Below are positions 1 through 9,308 of a DNA stretch of 32,525 nt, one piece after another (within the stretch, counting starts at the first letter, position 1; each line of letters starts with the position of its first letter). Position numbers and translations under genes: made by a program. The notes beneath the pieces are model-generated. The model saw nothing but the letters and a program-made list of their open reading frames with translations. It made no database searches and was not told where the DNA came from. The stretch is from Planctomycetota bacterium (GTDB lineage Bacteria; Planctomycetota; Phycisphaerae; WQYP01), in assembly GCA_048498455.1 (NCBI GenBank), contig JBEHXY010000003.1, positions 1 to 32,525 of the forward strand. The letters are read 5' to 3'.

Positions 1-219
1 GGCCAGCGGATTGCCCAACCGCCGCACCGTGAATGCATGGCTTCAACGAGGCCGCGCCGGGTATGGCGCGGAGGGCGGTGCAACGCCATCGGCTTGTGCC
101 TTCCACTGCATGCTTCAACGAGGCCGCGCCGGGTATGGCGCGGAGGGCCTCGAATAATTTGTCCACCTCAGGAACTTTGGACTGCTTCAACGAGGCCGCG
201 CCGGGTATGGCGCGGAGGG
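1..219 (-). CRISPR. CRISPR array, leader-proximal end (type I-G-like repeat), probably continuing beyond the window start
   Basis: Three identical 36-bp repeats GCTTCAACGAGGCCGCGCCGGGTATGGCGCGGAGGG at 40-75, 112-147 and 184-219. Unique 36-bp spacers at 76-111 and 148-183, plus a probable spacer at 3-39. Minus-strand repeat CCCTCCGCGCCATACCCGGCGCGGCCTCGTTGAAGC has a 7-bp stem (CCGCGCC/GGCGCGG) and ends TTGAAGC; it lies downstream of cas2. Confidence 0.97.
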
Positions 220-481
220 GCAGTTCGTCCCAAATTCGCTTGGCAAGTGCATTTGTGTTTCAACAAACGAGCGACATGGGTCGCATAGGGGACGGCATCG
301 GGGCGGGGCGACCACAAAATAGTCCTTAAGTATTGACTTGCCAAAGAGCTCGAGCGAATCCCCGAACAGACGCACCACCTGACCGCTCGCGACAAGTTCT
401 GAACGAAAATGCAGCACGAACACCCCTCATCTCCAGACGAGGATGTATCATAGCAACGATGCATTGACAACGAAAAACAAC
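220..481 (-). promoter_or_regulatory. CRISPR leader
   Basis: Non-coding, lower-GC stretch between the cas2 stop (482) and the first repeat (219); contains repeated CGAGCG(A) motifs. Confidence 0.8.
447..455 (-). promoter_or_regulatory. Possible extended -10 promoter (TGnTATGAT) for the array
   Basis: Minus strand reads TGCTATGAT at 455-447, pointing into the leader and array; no good -35 at 17-bp spacing. Confidence 0.35.
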
Positions 482-772
482 CTACACGATCATGCTGCGC
501 ACCGGCGGATCGTAGGCTTTCCCCACCGCCTCCACGTGCACCGAGAGTTCATGTTCGCTCTTGCCCAGGTCCACGAACAAGACCTGGTCCTCCCCGCAAT
601 CGATCATCCCCGCCACCGACGCCTCCAGTGCCACCCGTTCCGCGATTGTCAATTGGCAGAAGAACACGCTGAACTGCGCGTGGTCGCCGTGGTCCTGCAG
701 GGTGTTGAACACCTGCGTGCGCCGCTTGTCGTCGGCTATGTCGTACGTGATCAAAAAATGCCGCCGGCTCAT
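482..772 (-). CDS. cas2: CRISPR-associated endonuclease Cas2
   Basis: 96 aa; LITYDIADDKRR and AQFSVFFC motifs; sits between cas1 and the array. Confidence 0.96.
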   Translation of the reverse strand: MSRRHFLITYDIADDKRRTQVFNTLQDHGDHAQFSVFFCQLTIAERVALEASVAGMIDCGEDQVLFVDLGKSEHELSVHVEAVGKAYDPPVRSMIV

Positions 773-776
773 CGCT

Positions 777-2555
777 TCACCGCGTCACAATGTTGCTGTA
801 CCGATCGATGTCACCGCGCAGCCAGCGCGACAGCAAGCGTGCTTGGAGCAGGATGGCGCTCCGCCACGAGCAGCGATAGCCAAACGCCGGATGGCTGATC
901 ATCTGGTCCAGACGCGCCTCATACGCCCGCAGCAGCCCCTTGCGCGCCGCATCGTTCATGCAACAGCCCGACGCCGCGATCGTGAAGCCCGACGTTCCCA
1001 CCATCCCCGTGTTGATCGCGGTGATGACCGCCGAATCCGCGATGATCGGCCGCAGCGGCTCCATCATGTCCAGCGCCAGCGCCGGCCGCCCATGCCGCGG
1101 ACGATGATAAAACCCCCAGAACGGATCCAGCCCCTCCGCCAGCAGCGCCACCGTGCATTCCTTCGCCAAAAGTGCGTAGGCGAAACTCAGCATCGCATTT
1201 ACCGGGTCCTTCGGCGGGCGACGGTTCCGCGCGGCAAAATCCCAGCTCGCTTCCATGTCCCGCGGCCGCAGCATCGCGGAAAACTGCGAAAAATAACTCC
1301 GCGCCACGTTCCCCTCGAGCCCCAGCAGCGACTCCACGGACGCCGTCTTCTCCACCTGCGGCACCAAATCCTCCATGTCCCGCAGCGCCCGATCCACCTC
1401 CGGAGAGGTCGCGGCGTTCCGCCGAAGCTGCGTCCGCTGGTTCATCGCCTTGTCCTGCACGATGCCCCGGGCGAAGGTCAGCGATCGCTCCCGGTCCGCC
1501 GCCGCTGCAAACTGCGCCGCCCGGTCATAGGCGTTTTTCAGCGTGATCCCGTGGGCGGCTCCGTAAAACCACATTCCCGCGGAAAAGTACACCACGGGAA
1601 TGTCCGCTTCCAGCAGCAAATGCACCGTTTGCGTCGACATTTGCACGTTTCCACACAGCACCACCTGGCTCACGTCCTTGGTGCCCACGCGCGTGAGTTC
1701 CTCCCCCTCCGCTTTTACCACAAGGCTTTCCCCCTTCTTGGACACGTACGCCCCCTGGTGCTGCACATACAGCGGCGTCGCCGTGGGCCGCGGCGGGAAG
1801 AGCCGCCGGATGCCCAGGTTGTCCACATCCTCTCCATGTCCGCGCGGCTTGGCGGGAATGGCCGCGTTTCCCGCCGCCGCGCGCATCGCAGCGATATCGC
1901 GCAGTGCCAAGGTTTCGTCAGGCATGCAGATTCCCGCGATCGAGCATCCCGCGCATTTGGGGCTGTCTTCCAGCGGATCGGGAATCACCGTCAGGTGTGT
2001 CGCCGCCTGGGTTTTGTTGATCAACTCGCGCGTCTGAAGCTCCAGTTCGCTTGTGAAGGGCACCGTCACCCGAACCCGTGATCCCGCGAAATACACCATC
2101 CCGTGGTCGCACTGGTATCCCTGTTCGCGCAGCAGCAGCCCCTGGGCCATCAACTGCACGCGCTGGGTGTCGTAGCAGCGCTCCGGGGTGTTGGGCACGC
2201 GCCCGCGCTTCGTTTCCACCGGCGCCGCCTCCTCGCCGTCGGTGCTCACCAGGTCCAGTTTCGCCGTCAGCCCCAGCTCCGAAGAGGCCAGCGACACCGA
2301 CCGCGAAATGACCGGGGGCTCATCGCCCTGCTCCGCTTCCTTAGACTCCTTCCCCTTGACGCCGCTCGCCGCCGGCAGCACATGGTCCACGCGATCGACC
2401 CGCCGATGCACATGGCGCCCTTCGATCGTGTACTGATTGTCCGCCCACCGTCCCTCGACATACATCAGATGAAACCGCCGCGGGCAGTAGGTGTACTGGC
2501 CGACCATGTCCAGGGTGAGCGCGTCGTCGCCGGTGATCGAAACATTCGCAGGCAT
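777..2555 (-). CDS. cas4/cas1: Cas4-Cas1 fusion
   Basis: N-terminal Cas4: YCPRR, KLDLV, VETK, CAGCSIAGIC Fe-S cysteines. C-terminal Cas1: LLGLEGNVARSYF, RRPPKDPVNAMLSFAY, GFYH, LALDMMEPLRP. The fusion is typical of type I-G. Confidence 0.96.
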   Translation of the reverse strand: MPANVSITGDDALTLDMVGQYTYCPRRFHLMYVEGRWADNQYTIEGRHVHRRVDRVDHVLPAASGVKGKESKEAEQGDEPPVISRSVSLASSELGLTAKLDLVSTDGEEAAPVETKRGRVPNTPERCYDTQRVQLMAQGLLLREQGYQCDHGMVYFAGSRVRVTVPFTSELELQTRELINKTQAATHLTVIPDPLEDSPKCAGCSIAGICMPDETLALRDIAAMRAAAGNAAIPAKPRGHGEDVDNLGIRRLFPPRPTATPLYVQHQGAYVSKKGESLVVKAEGEELTRVGTKDVSQVVLCGNVQMSTQTVHLLLEADIPVVYFSAGMWFYGAAHGITLKNAYDRAAQFAAAADRERSLTFARGIVQDKAMNQRTQLRRNAATSPEVDRALRDMEDLVPQVEKTASVESLLGLEGNVARSYFSQFSAMLRPRDMEASWDFAARNRRPPKDPVNAMLSFAYALLAKECTVALLAEGLDPFWGFYHRPRHGRPALALDMMEPLRPIIADSAVITAINTGMVGTSGFTIAASGCCMNDAARKGLLRAYEARLDQMISHPAFGYRCSWRSAILLQARLLSRWLRGDIDRYSNIVTR

Positions 2556-2557
2556 GA

Positions 2558-3451
2558 TCAGGGCTCCTCACTATGGCCGTCGATGGCGACCGGATTTGCC
2601 AAGTACAGATTTTTCTTATACTCGATGCGACGAGCCCCGAAGCATGCGAACACGCCCATTTCCTGCGTCCATGTCCGCTGTTGGAGCAGACATCCGATCG
2701 CCTCTGCATTCAAAGCGGCACGCCACAGGGGCCACGTGAAATGTGTCTCGCCTTTGATCTCGCGAAATCCGGTTGTTCGCAAACCATCAGTCGTTGGGAC
2801 AGACACCAGGAACGAAGTACCCACAAATGCGAGCGCATTTGCGGCGGCGACGGACCGGGTTTCCGTGCTGCCCGGGTCTGTAGACATGTGCGCTCCGGTG
2901 CGCATATCCAGCGGGTCCCAACGAAATGTGGGCTGGTCGAGGTCTTCATAGCGCCACGGCTCAAATAACGCTCCGCGGAGCCGCTCCGGCGTCGCGACCT
3001 GCACCAGCTTTTGGAAGTCTTTCAACAACAGCTTTCCCCCTTGGCCATTGCTGAAACTGAGCTGATTGGGAACGACGGTGCCTTTCTTCTCGGTCAAAAT
3101 CGCGTTCGACCCAAACGCCGCCGCGAAGCGCAGCCGGCACTCGCTCTCCGCTTGGTAGCCCTCCTTGACGAACTGCTCGAAGCGGCTGCATTCAACCCCA
3201 ATAATGTCGCCCAGCCCCGTCACACCCTCTTTGATGACCATCCGTAAACCATCACTCAGTTGCTGCGAAAACTCAGCCGGCGCCATCGGTTGCTGGGTAT
3301 ACAGCACCGCCCGAAATCCTTTCGTCCAGCCAAGCCCCGGTGACGCCGCGTCCACCATCCCGATCAGCCGCAACACCCCCAGCGCCGCCAGGAATCCCAC
3401 CGGATTCGCCCCGTCGATCCCGCTCAGTTCCGTCGCATGAACCGTTTTCAC
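2558..3451 (-). CDS. csb3: Type I-G large subunit, short form (Cas8g2/Csb3-like)
   Basis: 297 aa; LSGIDGANPVGFLAALGVLRL N-terminus, FRWDP and FTWPLW motifs; GTGA overlap with the cas3 stop. Confidence 0.8.
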   Translation of the reverse strand: MKTVHATELSGIDGANPVGFLAALGVLRLIGMVDAASPGLGWTKGFRAVLYTQQPMAPAEFSQQLSDGLRMVIKEGVTGLGDIIGVECSRFEQFVKEGYQAESECRLRFAAAFGSNAILTEKKGTVVPNQLSFSNGQGGKLLLKDFQKLVQVATPERLRGALFEPWRYEDLDQPTFRWDPLDMRTGAHMSTDPGSTETRSVAAANALAFVGTSFLVSVPTTDGLRTTGFREIKGETHFTWPLWRAALNAEAIGCLLQQRTWTQEMGVFACFGARRIEYKKNLYLANPVAIDGHSEEP

Positions 3452-6429
3452 CGTTCATCCTCCTGCTCGGCCACCGCACTTGCGTGTTGATCCGCGCATC
3501 GCAGCATCGATTCCAGGTACGCCAATCCCCACCAGCCATACCGCCGCGTCAACCCCCAGAACCGCTCCAGCACGCCGCTGTCGAGCCGGTGAGCCACGCC
3601 AGCAATTTCGGCTCGCGAACTCCGATCCTCAGCCCCCAGCCTTAGCCCCCCGATGGACACCGCTGGAGCCGCTTCATCCTCGACCACCGGCGCCAGCGGC
3701 CGCGCATATCCGTGATGCGCCGCTATCAAGTGCAATACCAAATCCCTCTCGCCATCCGCCAACTCCCCCGACCTCGCGGCCAATTGCATCGACAACATCT
3801 CATGCCGAAATCCCTCAGGCACCCCGAAATGCTGCCGCGCCTCCCGCTCTTTCCGGCCCGCAAACGTCCGCCCCGACTTTGCCAACAACTGCGTTTCTGT
3901 TCCCGCCCACCGCCGCCCCGCCAGATAGTTTTGAAACCGCCCATCGGCCTTCCCATAGTCATGCAGTTGCGCCGCCTCTACCATCAGCTTGGAAAGTTCC
4001 GGCGCCAGCACCGCCGACAACCAGCTCGCAGCCGCCTGGACCTCCCCGGTATGGTGCCACAGGAGCATCCGCTCATCCCCGCGCGATACCGACTCATCCC
4101 CTTCATCCGTCTCAAACGCCCAGTCCTCCACCAGTTCCTTCCGCTGCTTCCTCACCAGCAAATACTCCTTCTCCCCGTACGCCACCACGCGCGGTGGCTG
4201 CCACTCCCGCGATGCTCCCACCGCCAGCTTCCCTACTTCCTCCATCCATTCCCGTGCCAAGCGTTTTTCGCTGGAATCCGTCGGCATCGCTTCGATCCCC
4301 GCCCCCACCGCCGCCAACACCTCTTCAAGCTCCCGCTTTTCCCCCGCTTCCTTCTTGACGGTCGCCGCTTCTCCGAGCACTGCCGGAACGCGCAGCGCCA
4401 CGGCCTGCTTCGTCTGCCAATATGCCCATTCGTATGCGTCCGCAGGCGTGTCCGCACGTGGACACAACGAGTCAAAGGATCCGTCTCCCGCTGACAAAAC
4501 CACCACATCCTGCGGCCTGATTTTTGTCACCGCGCGAGGCGCATTCGATAATTCCCCCGCACGCCATATCCACACGCGAAGTGATGTTCCCCCAGCCGCC
4601 CCCTCCTTTTCCTCTGCCTCCACCCCTAGTTCCAAATCATCCCCCGCCTTCGGCTTGCCCCCGTTCAGATATTCCCGCAGCTCCCGCAACGGCAGCGTCA
4701 ACATCTCCGCCGACACCGGCGGCATCTCCTCCAGCGCCCGCCGCTCCGCTTCCAGATCCCGCCTCATTCCTTCGAGTTCCGCCGCCACCTCCCGCCGCCA
4801 GATCACCCGCACATCCGGCCGCGCCCGCTCCCCCGGCAGCGGAATCCCGTGCAGAAACAACCCAACCTCCGGCTCCAACGCCGGCTTCGGAGAAGTCTGC
4901 GACCACAAATCCACGTACGCCGGCAGCATCAGCGGTGCACGCCGCCGCCGCCCCACCAGCGATGACATGCGCCCGGCCGCTTGGACCTCCGCTACCGCCG
5001 GAGCCATCGCCCCAATGCCCATGTCCACCACCGTTCCCCCGAGCGCCCGGAGCCAGTTCCAGGTTCGTGCCAGCGCGTTTCCGTAAATCGGATCGAGCGG
5101 CTTCTCATCATCTAGGTCGTCATCCGCCGGCACATCGTTCTTCCGCGCCAGGATTGCCGCAGCCGCCGGTTGGGGCTGGTCCCCCAGCCGGTTCAACCGC
5201 CCGAACCGCTGCCGCAGCGCGTCCAGGCTCGCACACTCCGTCAGCAGCGCGTCAAAGCTGAAATCCGCCCCCACCTCCAGGCACTGCGTGGTCACCACAA
5301 CGATCGGCTTCTCCAACTTCTCCTTGCTGCCCGACTGCAGCTTCTTCTTATACGCCTCCACAAAACGATCCCGGTCCACCGGACGCCGGCGTCCGGTGAC
5401 AAGTTGCACGTCCGCCTGCTCGGCGCTCAGCAGTTTGCCCAAGGCGTCGATGACCTGCACCGCGGTCGCCACGCGGTTCACCATTACCGCCACGCGCTGC
5501 CGCCCGTCACTCACGAATGCCGCCGCCCGCTGTGCCGCTTCCGCCACCAATTCGTCGGCAGACAAGGTCTCCCCCTTGCCTTTGCCGCTCTTGGTTGAAG
5601 CGATCACCAACTGCGCGGGCTTCGATGCGCGAATCCGTTTTTGCAAAACAGCATCGCCAAGCGCCTTCTCCCGTTCCTCCAACGCAGGAAACACCCGCCA
5701 CTCGTTTTCCCCCGGCGGCGTCGCCGACATCACCACCAGCTTCAACGGCTTGTCCACCGGCTCATTCGCCCACGGCTTCCCGCGCAATCGCTCCACATAC
5801 CTCACCGTCTCAATGAAGGGCTCCGCCAGGTGCGCCTCGTCCACGATGATCAAGCTGTCGTTCCCCGCCAGCGCCGCATGAATCGGCAACATCCGATCCC
5901 CCACCCCATACCCCCGAAAGAGCAACCGCGACCCCAATTGGTCGATCGTGCTGGTGATCACGGCAGGCTGCGCCGGATTCCGGGACCACGCCACCTGCCG
6001 CGGCGCCCCGCCACGCAGTCGCGCCACGCCCAGCGGTGTCAATCCTTGATCACTTCTCTTGTCCTCCGGCCACCCTGCCACCGCCAGCAGACTGTTCCGG
6101 ACCCTGTGCAAAAGCCCTTCCTTCGCCCTCTGCAGTTGCTCCGCAATATCCTTCGCCCGCTCATACGCCTCATCCACCACAATCCGCCGATCCACCACAA
6201 ACCAGATCCGCCGCGGTGTGGGTAATCCCATTGCCAGCGCAAAGATCGCCACGTCCATGCACGCCGTCTTGCCGCTCGCCGTCGGCAAATCGATCAGGTC
6301 CGGCCATCCCTCCGTCGCCACCCGCTCCATTAGCATCGTCTGCCACGAAAACGGCTTGTACCCATGCAACCCTTCGAAGAACCTTCCGAAATCCCCCAAT
6401 GGCAGTTTTTCCGACATTGTCTTCATCAC
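3448..6429 (-). CDS. cas3: Type I-G Cas3 helicase-nuclease with C-terminal HD domain
   Basis: Walker A DLPTASGKT, DEAH, SAT, TTQCLEVGAD, QRFGRLNR. HD-domain motifs (LHDYGKAD, RHEMLS, AHHG, ADQHAS) are at the C-terminus, a type I-G hallmark. Confidence 0.96.
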   Translation of the reverse strand: MMKTMSEKLPLGDFGRFFEGLHGYKPFSWQTMLMERVATEGWPDLIDLPTASGKTACMDVAIFALAMGLPTPRRIWFVVDRRIVVDEAYERAKDIAEQLQRAKEGLLHRVRNSLLAVAGWPEDKRSDQGLTPLGVARLRGGAPRQVAWSRNPAQPAVITSTIDQLGSRLLFRGYGVGDRMLPIHAALAGNDSLIIVDEAHLAEPFIETVRYVERLRGKPWANEPVDKPLKLVVMSATPPGENEWRVFPALEEREKALGDAVLQKRIRASKPAQLVIASTKSGKGKGETLSADELVAEAAQRAAAFVSDGRQRVAVMVNRVATAVQVIDALGKLLSAEQADVQLVTGRRRPVDRDRFVEAYKKKLQSGSKEKLEKPIVVVTTQCLEVGADFSFDALLTECASLDALRQRFGRLNRLGDQPQPAAAAILARKNDVPADDDLDDEKPLDPIYGNALARTWNWLRALGGTVVDMGIGAMAPAVAEVQAAGRMSSLVGRRRRAPLMLPAYVDLWSQTSPKPALEPEVGLFLHGIPLPGERARPDVRVIWRREVAAELEGMRRDLEAERRALEEMPPVSAEMLTLPLRELREYLNGGKPKAGDDLELGVEAEEKEGAAGGTSLRVWIWRAGELSNAPRAVTKIRPQDVVVLSAGDGSFDSLCPRADTPADAYEWAYWQTKQAVALRVPAVLGEAATVKKEAGEKRELEEVLAAVGAGIEAMPTDSSEKRLAREWMEEVGKLAVGASREWQPPRVVAYGEKEYLLVRKQRKELVEDWAFETDEGDESVSRGDERMLLWHHTGEVQAAASWLSAVLAPELSKLMVEAAQLHDYGKADGRFQNYLAGRRWAGTETQLLAKSGRTFAGRKEREARQHFGVPEGFRHEMLSMQLAARSGELADGERDLVLHLIAAHHGYARPLAPVVEDEAAPAVSIGGLRLGAEDRSSRAEIAGVAHRLDSGVLERFWGLTRRYGWWGLAYLESMLRCADQHASAVAEQEDER

Positions 6430-7934
6430 TCGCTCTCCCGCTTTTGATCCATCGGCCGCAGCAATCCATACCCCCGAAACCGCCCCGCTCCCACCAGCAG
6501 CGGCCCCACCACCGGCCGGTCAAACTCGATGACGACATGCGTATGCCGCCGCTCGCTTCCATCCTTGCGTTTCATCCGCGGAAAATCCCGTGCCGGCGGA
6601 ACGCCCACAACCTCAGAAACTGCCGACACCCGCGCCTTCACCCCCACCTCCGCCCCCACCACGCGCCGCGCCGCCTCCTCCACCGAAGCACAGCATTCCG
6701 CCAGATACGCCGCCCGATCCTTCGCCTTCCCATGCTGGTCGTACACCAGCGGCGTCACGCTCGCCCAGCGCGTCGCCCCGTGCGGCGCCCCGGTCCACGC
6801 CTCCGCCTGCAATGCCGCACGCCAATCACCCAACGGTCCCTCGCGCACCAGCCGCCACTGCCCCAGCCCCGGATAACGCTGCCGGTCAAAACCCAGCCCA
6901 GATCCCTGGTGTTTCCCTTCATCCGCAATCGCCTCGATTGCTGCCAGCAGCAGCCGCTCATCAACCTCCGCCATCCCGCGCGGAAAGGCGATCCCCACCC
7001 CCAGCAAATGCCCGTTGGCATGTTCATGCCCCACGAACCCCAGCGGAAAACAGGCCACGTGCGCCCGCGTGGTCGCTCCGCCTCCCTCCCCATGCCCGCT
7101 GATCGACTCGGGCGCTCCCTTTGGACAGTGCTGCAGAATCGCCGCTCGCAGCGTCGCCGTCAGTGCCAGCGTCGTCTCCAATTGCAAATGACGAAACGTC
7201 GTCGCCGCCGGCTCCAGCCGCAGAATCTCCACGCGCTCGTCAAACACCGTCCGAGCCGCATCCGCCGGCGCGTCCATAACTTCCGAATACCCCTGTGACA
7301 TCGAAATCACCGGCCGATACCGCGGCGGTGAACGGAACGCTGTTTCCAGCCGTTCCAGCGTCCCCGCCGTCTGGCTGACCACCCGCATCGTCATCGCCGG
7401 CCGCCGCTCGACCGGCTGCCACGTCTTCAGCCCCTCCCCCGGCCCCTCCGCCACCCACACCTGCGCCAGCGAACTGCTGTGCCCCAGCCGCCCCACCAGT
7501 GCGCACAGTACCGAGAGCGTCTCCCGATGCCCATCCACCCCCGGCGCCTCCGGCCAGTTGAAATAGAGGCTATCCTCCTCAGGCGCCAGCGCCACCCGCG
7601 GAAACAACCGCTCCGCCCGATGCCGCTTCAACACCGGAAGTGTCTGAATGGAACCCCCACGCCCCACCGCCTTCGCGTCGTTCATGGGCACGAACGCGGG
7701 CACCGCCTCGTTGACGATCGCGCGCCCGCTCACATGCACCGCCGGCGGTGGCAATCCCTCCAGCCACTCCAGCGCCGCCCGCTCGGCCTCCCCTCGTGCG
7801 CACTCGAAATGCGCCGCTGCCAGTGCCATATACAGCCGCGCCGGATGCGGCGGCCACTCCGGAACCGGATCCGTCTTCGACCGCGCCGTCCCGCACAGTC
7901 CGGTCAAAAATCTTACCGCGATCGTCAAAGACAT
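6426..7934 (-). CDS. csb2: Csb2 (Cas5-Cas6 fusion, type I-G)
   Basis: PEWPPHPARLYMAL, LGHSSSL, WASVTP and C-terminal glycine loop GPLLVGAGRFRGYGLLRP. Start placed at ATG 7934 (AAGGGG upstream) rather than the track's 7988. Confidence 0.93.
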   Translation of the reverse strand: MSLTIAVRFLTGLCGTARSKTDPVPEWPPHPARLYMALAAAHFECARGEAERAALEWLEGLPPPAVHVSGRAIVNEAVPAFVPMNDAKAVGRGGSIQTLPVLKRHRAERLFPRVALAPEEDSLYFNWPEAPGVDGHRETLSVLCALVGRLGHSSSLAQVWVAEGPGEGLKTWQPVERRPAMTMRVVSQTAGTLERLETAFRSPPRYRPVISMSQGYSEVMDAPADAARTVFDERVEILRLEPAATTFRHLQLETTLALTATLRAAILQHCPKGAPESISGHGEGGGATTRAHVACFPLGFVGHEHANGHLLGVGIAFPRGMAEVDERLLLAAIEAIADEGKHQGSGLGFDRQRYPGLGQWRLVREGPLGDWRAALQAEAWTGAPHGATRWASVTPLVYDQHGKAKDRAAYLAECCASVEEAARRVVGAEVGVKARVSAVSEVVGVPPARDFPRMKRKDGSERRHTHVVIEFDRPVVGPLLVGAGRFRGYGLLRPMDQKRESE

Positions 7935-8012
7935 GCTGCACCCCTTGGAAACCGACAGGATCCCACGGCCCCGCATCACCGGGACCACCGCTGCCTCGCT
8001 GGCGAGTGTCTA

Positions 8013-9212
8013 TCAGTCTTCGCCCGCTTCGCTCACCGCCAGCTCCTGGCTCTTCCTCACAAGCTCCACCAACTGCTTCGACGGCGTCAGCACCACCGGT
8101 TCGGTCTCCCACGGCAGCCCCGCCTTCTTCGCCGCCGCTATCGCATCCTTCAGCAACTTCACGGCCGCCTCCCGATCGAGCGCATAACCCACCGGCGCCT
8201 GCCCCGGCACCGCCAGCAGCTCCCACGCCATCGGCCCCTCCGGAAACAGCAAACACCGCGACCGCAAATCCATCCCCGCCCCAAACGCCATCGCCGCCGA
8301 ACACAGCCCCAGCGCCGCCAGCACCGCCCGCGCTGCCACGTTCACCTCCTCCGACGCCTTCCCCTCCTGCCTAAGCGGAAACCGCAGCCGCCGAAGCTGA
8401 ATCAGCGACAACGTCGTCGTCTGCTCCGCATACTCCACCGTCACGCCGCCGTTGTCCGATTCAAACGGCACGCTCCCATGATTGATCTCCGCGGGCGAAA
8501 GCGTCCCCTTCGCCTTCGGGTCCGCCGCGACCTTCCACTGCGTCGGCGATTCCCGCTGCACCTTTACTGCCGCGCGGCTCCCCAGCGGATCCCGCCGAAT
8601 CCCGTGATTCTTGTCCACCGTCTCCACGTTCATCCCCACGACCTCCGATACGATCGCCCGCTCAAACTTCGTGCCCAATCCCCCCTTGGGCCCCGTCGAA
8701 TCCCACATCCCAAACAAGAGTGCCTGCGGGCACAACCGAAACAGCGGCGTCGCAAACCCAGCCCCCGCCATATCGATCTCCTTCCCGACCGCCGACGCCC
8801 GAAACGGCTTCTTCTCAAACTCGCTGTCACGCAAAATCGCATCCGCAATCCGATGCGGCGCCTGCAAACTGCTCACACGCCCCACTGGCTCAAGCAATTT
8901 GGCATCCGAAAAATCCACCACCACCAGCGGCATCCCCACTTCGCCGCCCTCCACCGCCTCCTGCAACGCCTCCTCCATGCGGTTCGCCTGGCTCTGCACG
9001 CTGTCCAGCACGACGCACTTCACTGCCTCCTCCCGCCCCGGCACGCGCCGCTGCTCCACCGCGTACACCGCCCCCGCATACGTCGGCGGAAACACCTTGT
9101 CCCCCGCCCCGCCGGCCGGCTGCAACCGCCGCCGACACCGAAACGCCGCCCCTTCCCGCACCGCCTTCGCCAACACCTCATACGTCAACACCGTACCCTG
9201 CGTTTCCGCCAT
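8013..9212 (-). CDS. csb1: Csb1 (Cas7, type I-G backbone)
   Basis: LQPAGGAGDKVFPPTY, LDSVQSQANRME, PHRIADA, LLFGMWDS; AGGAGA RBS at 9223-9218. Confidence 0.94.
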   Translation of the reverse strand: MAETQGTVLTYEVLAKAVREGAAFRCRRRLQPAGGAGDKVFPPTYAGAVYAVEQRRVPGREEAVKCVVLDSVQSQANRMEEALQEAVEGGEVGMPLVVVDFSDAKLLEPVGRVSSLQAPHRIADAILRDSEFEKKPFRASAVGKEIDMAGAGFATPLFRLCPQALLFGMWDSTGPKGGLGTKFERAIVSEVVGMNVETVDKNHGIRRDPLGSRAAVKVQRESPTQWKVAADPKAKGTLSPAEINHGSVPFESDNGGVTVEYAEQTTTLSLIQLRRLRFPLRQEGKASEEVNVAARAVLAALGLCSAAMAFGAGMDLRSRCLLFPEGPMAWELLAVPGQAPVGYALDREAAVKLLKDAIAAAKKAGLPWETEPVVLTPSKQLVELVRKSQELAVSEAGED

Positions 9213-9223
9213 GACGATCTCCT

Positions 9224-9243
9224 AAAAAGCGGCGCAACGCCGC
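9224..9243 (-). terminator. Putative intrinsic terminator/attenuator between herA and cas7
   Basis: Minus strand GCGGCG-TTG-CGCCGC followed by TTTTT, directly abutting the cas7 RBS. Confidence 0.45.
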
Positions 9244-9308
9244 GGTTCCATCTGCTTTCCTATTCCCACACAAGGCACCTTGTGCGACACACTTTCACAA
9301 GATGTTCT

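Noticed and set aside
33-470. ORFs across the CRISPR array and leader
   Set aside because: Repeat plus spacer is 72 bp, so frames stay open by chance; the translations simply repeat the CRISPR repeat.
2558-3451. Calling this gene csx17 (Cas8g1)
   Set aside because: Csx17 is roughly twice as long; size and N-terminal motif fit the short Csb3/Cas8g2 form.
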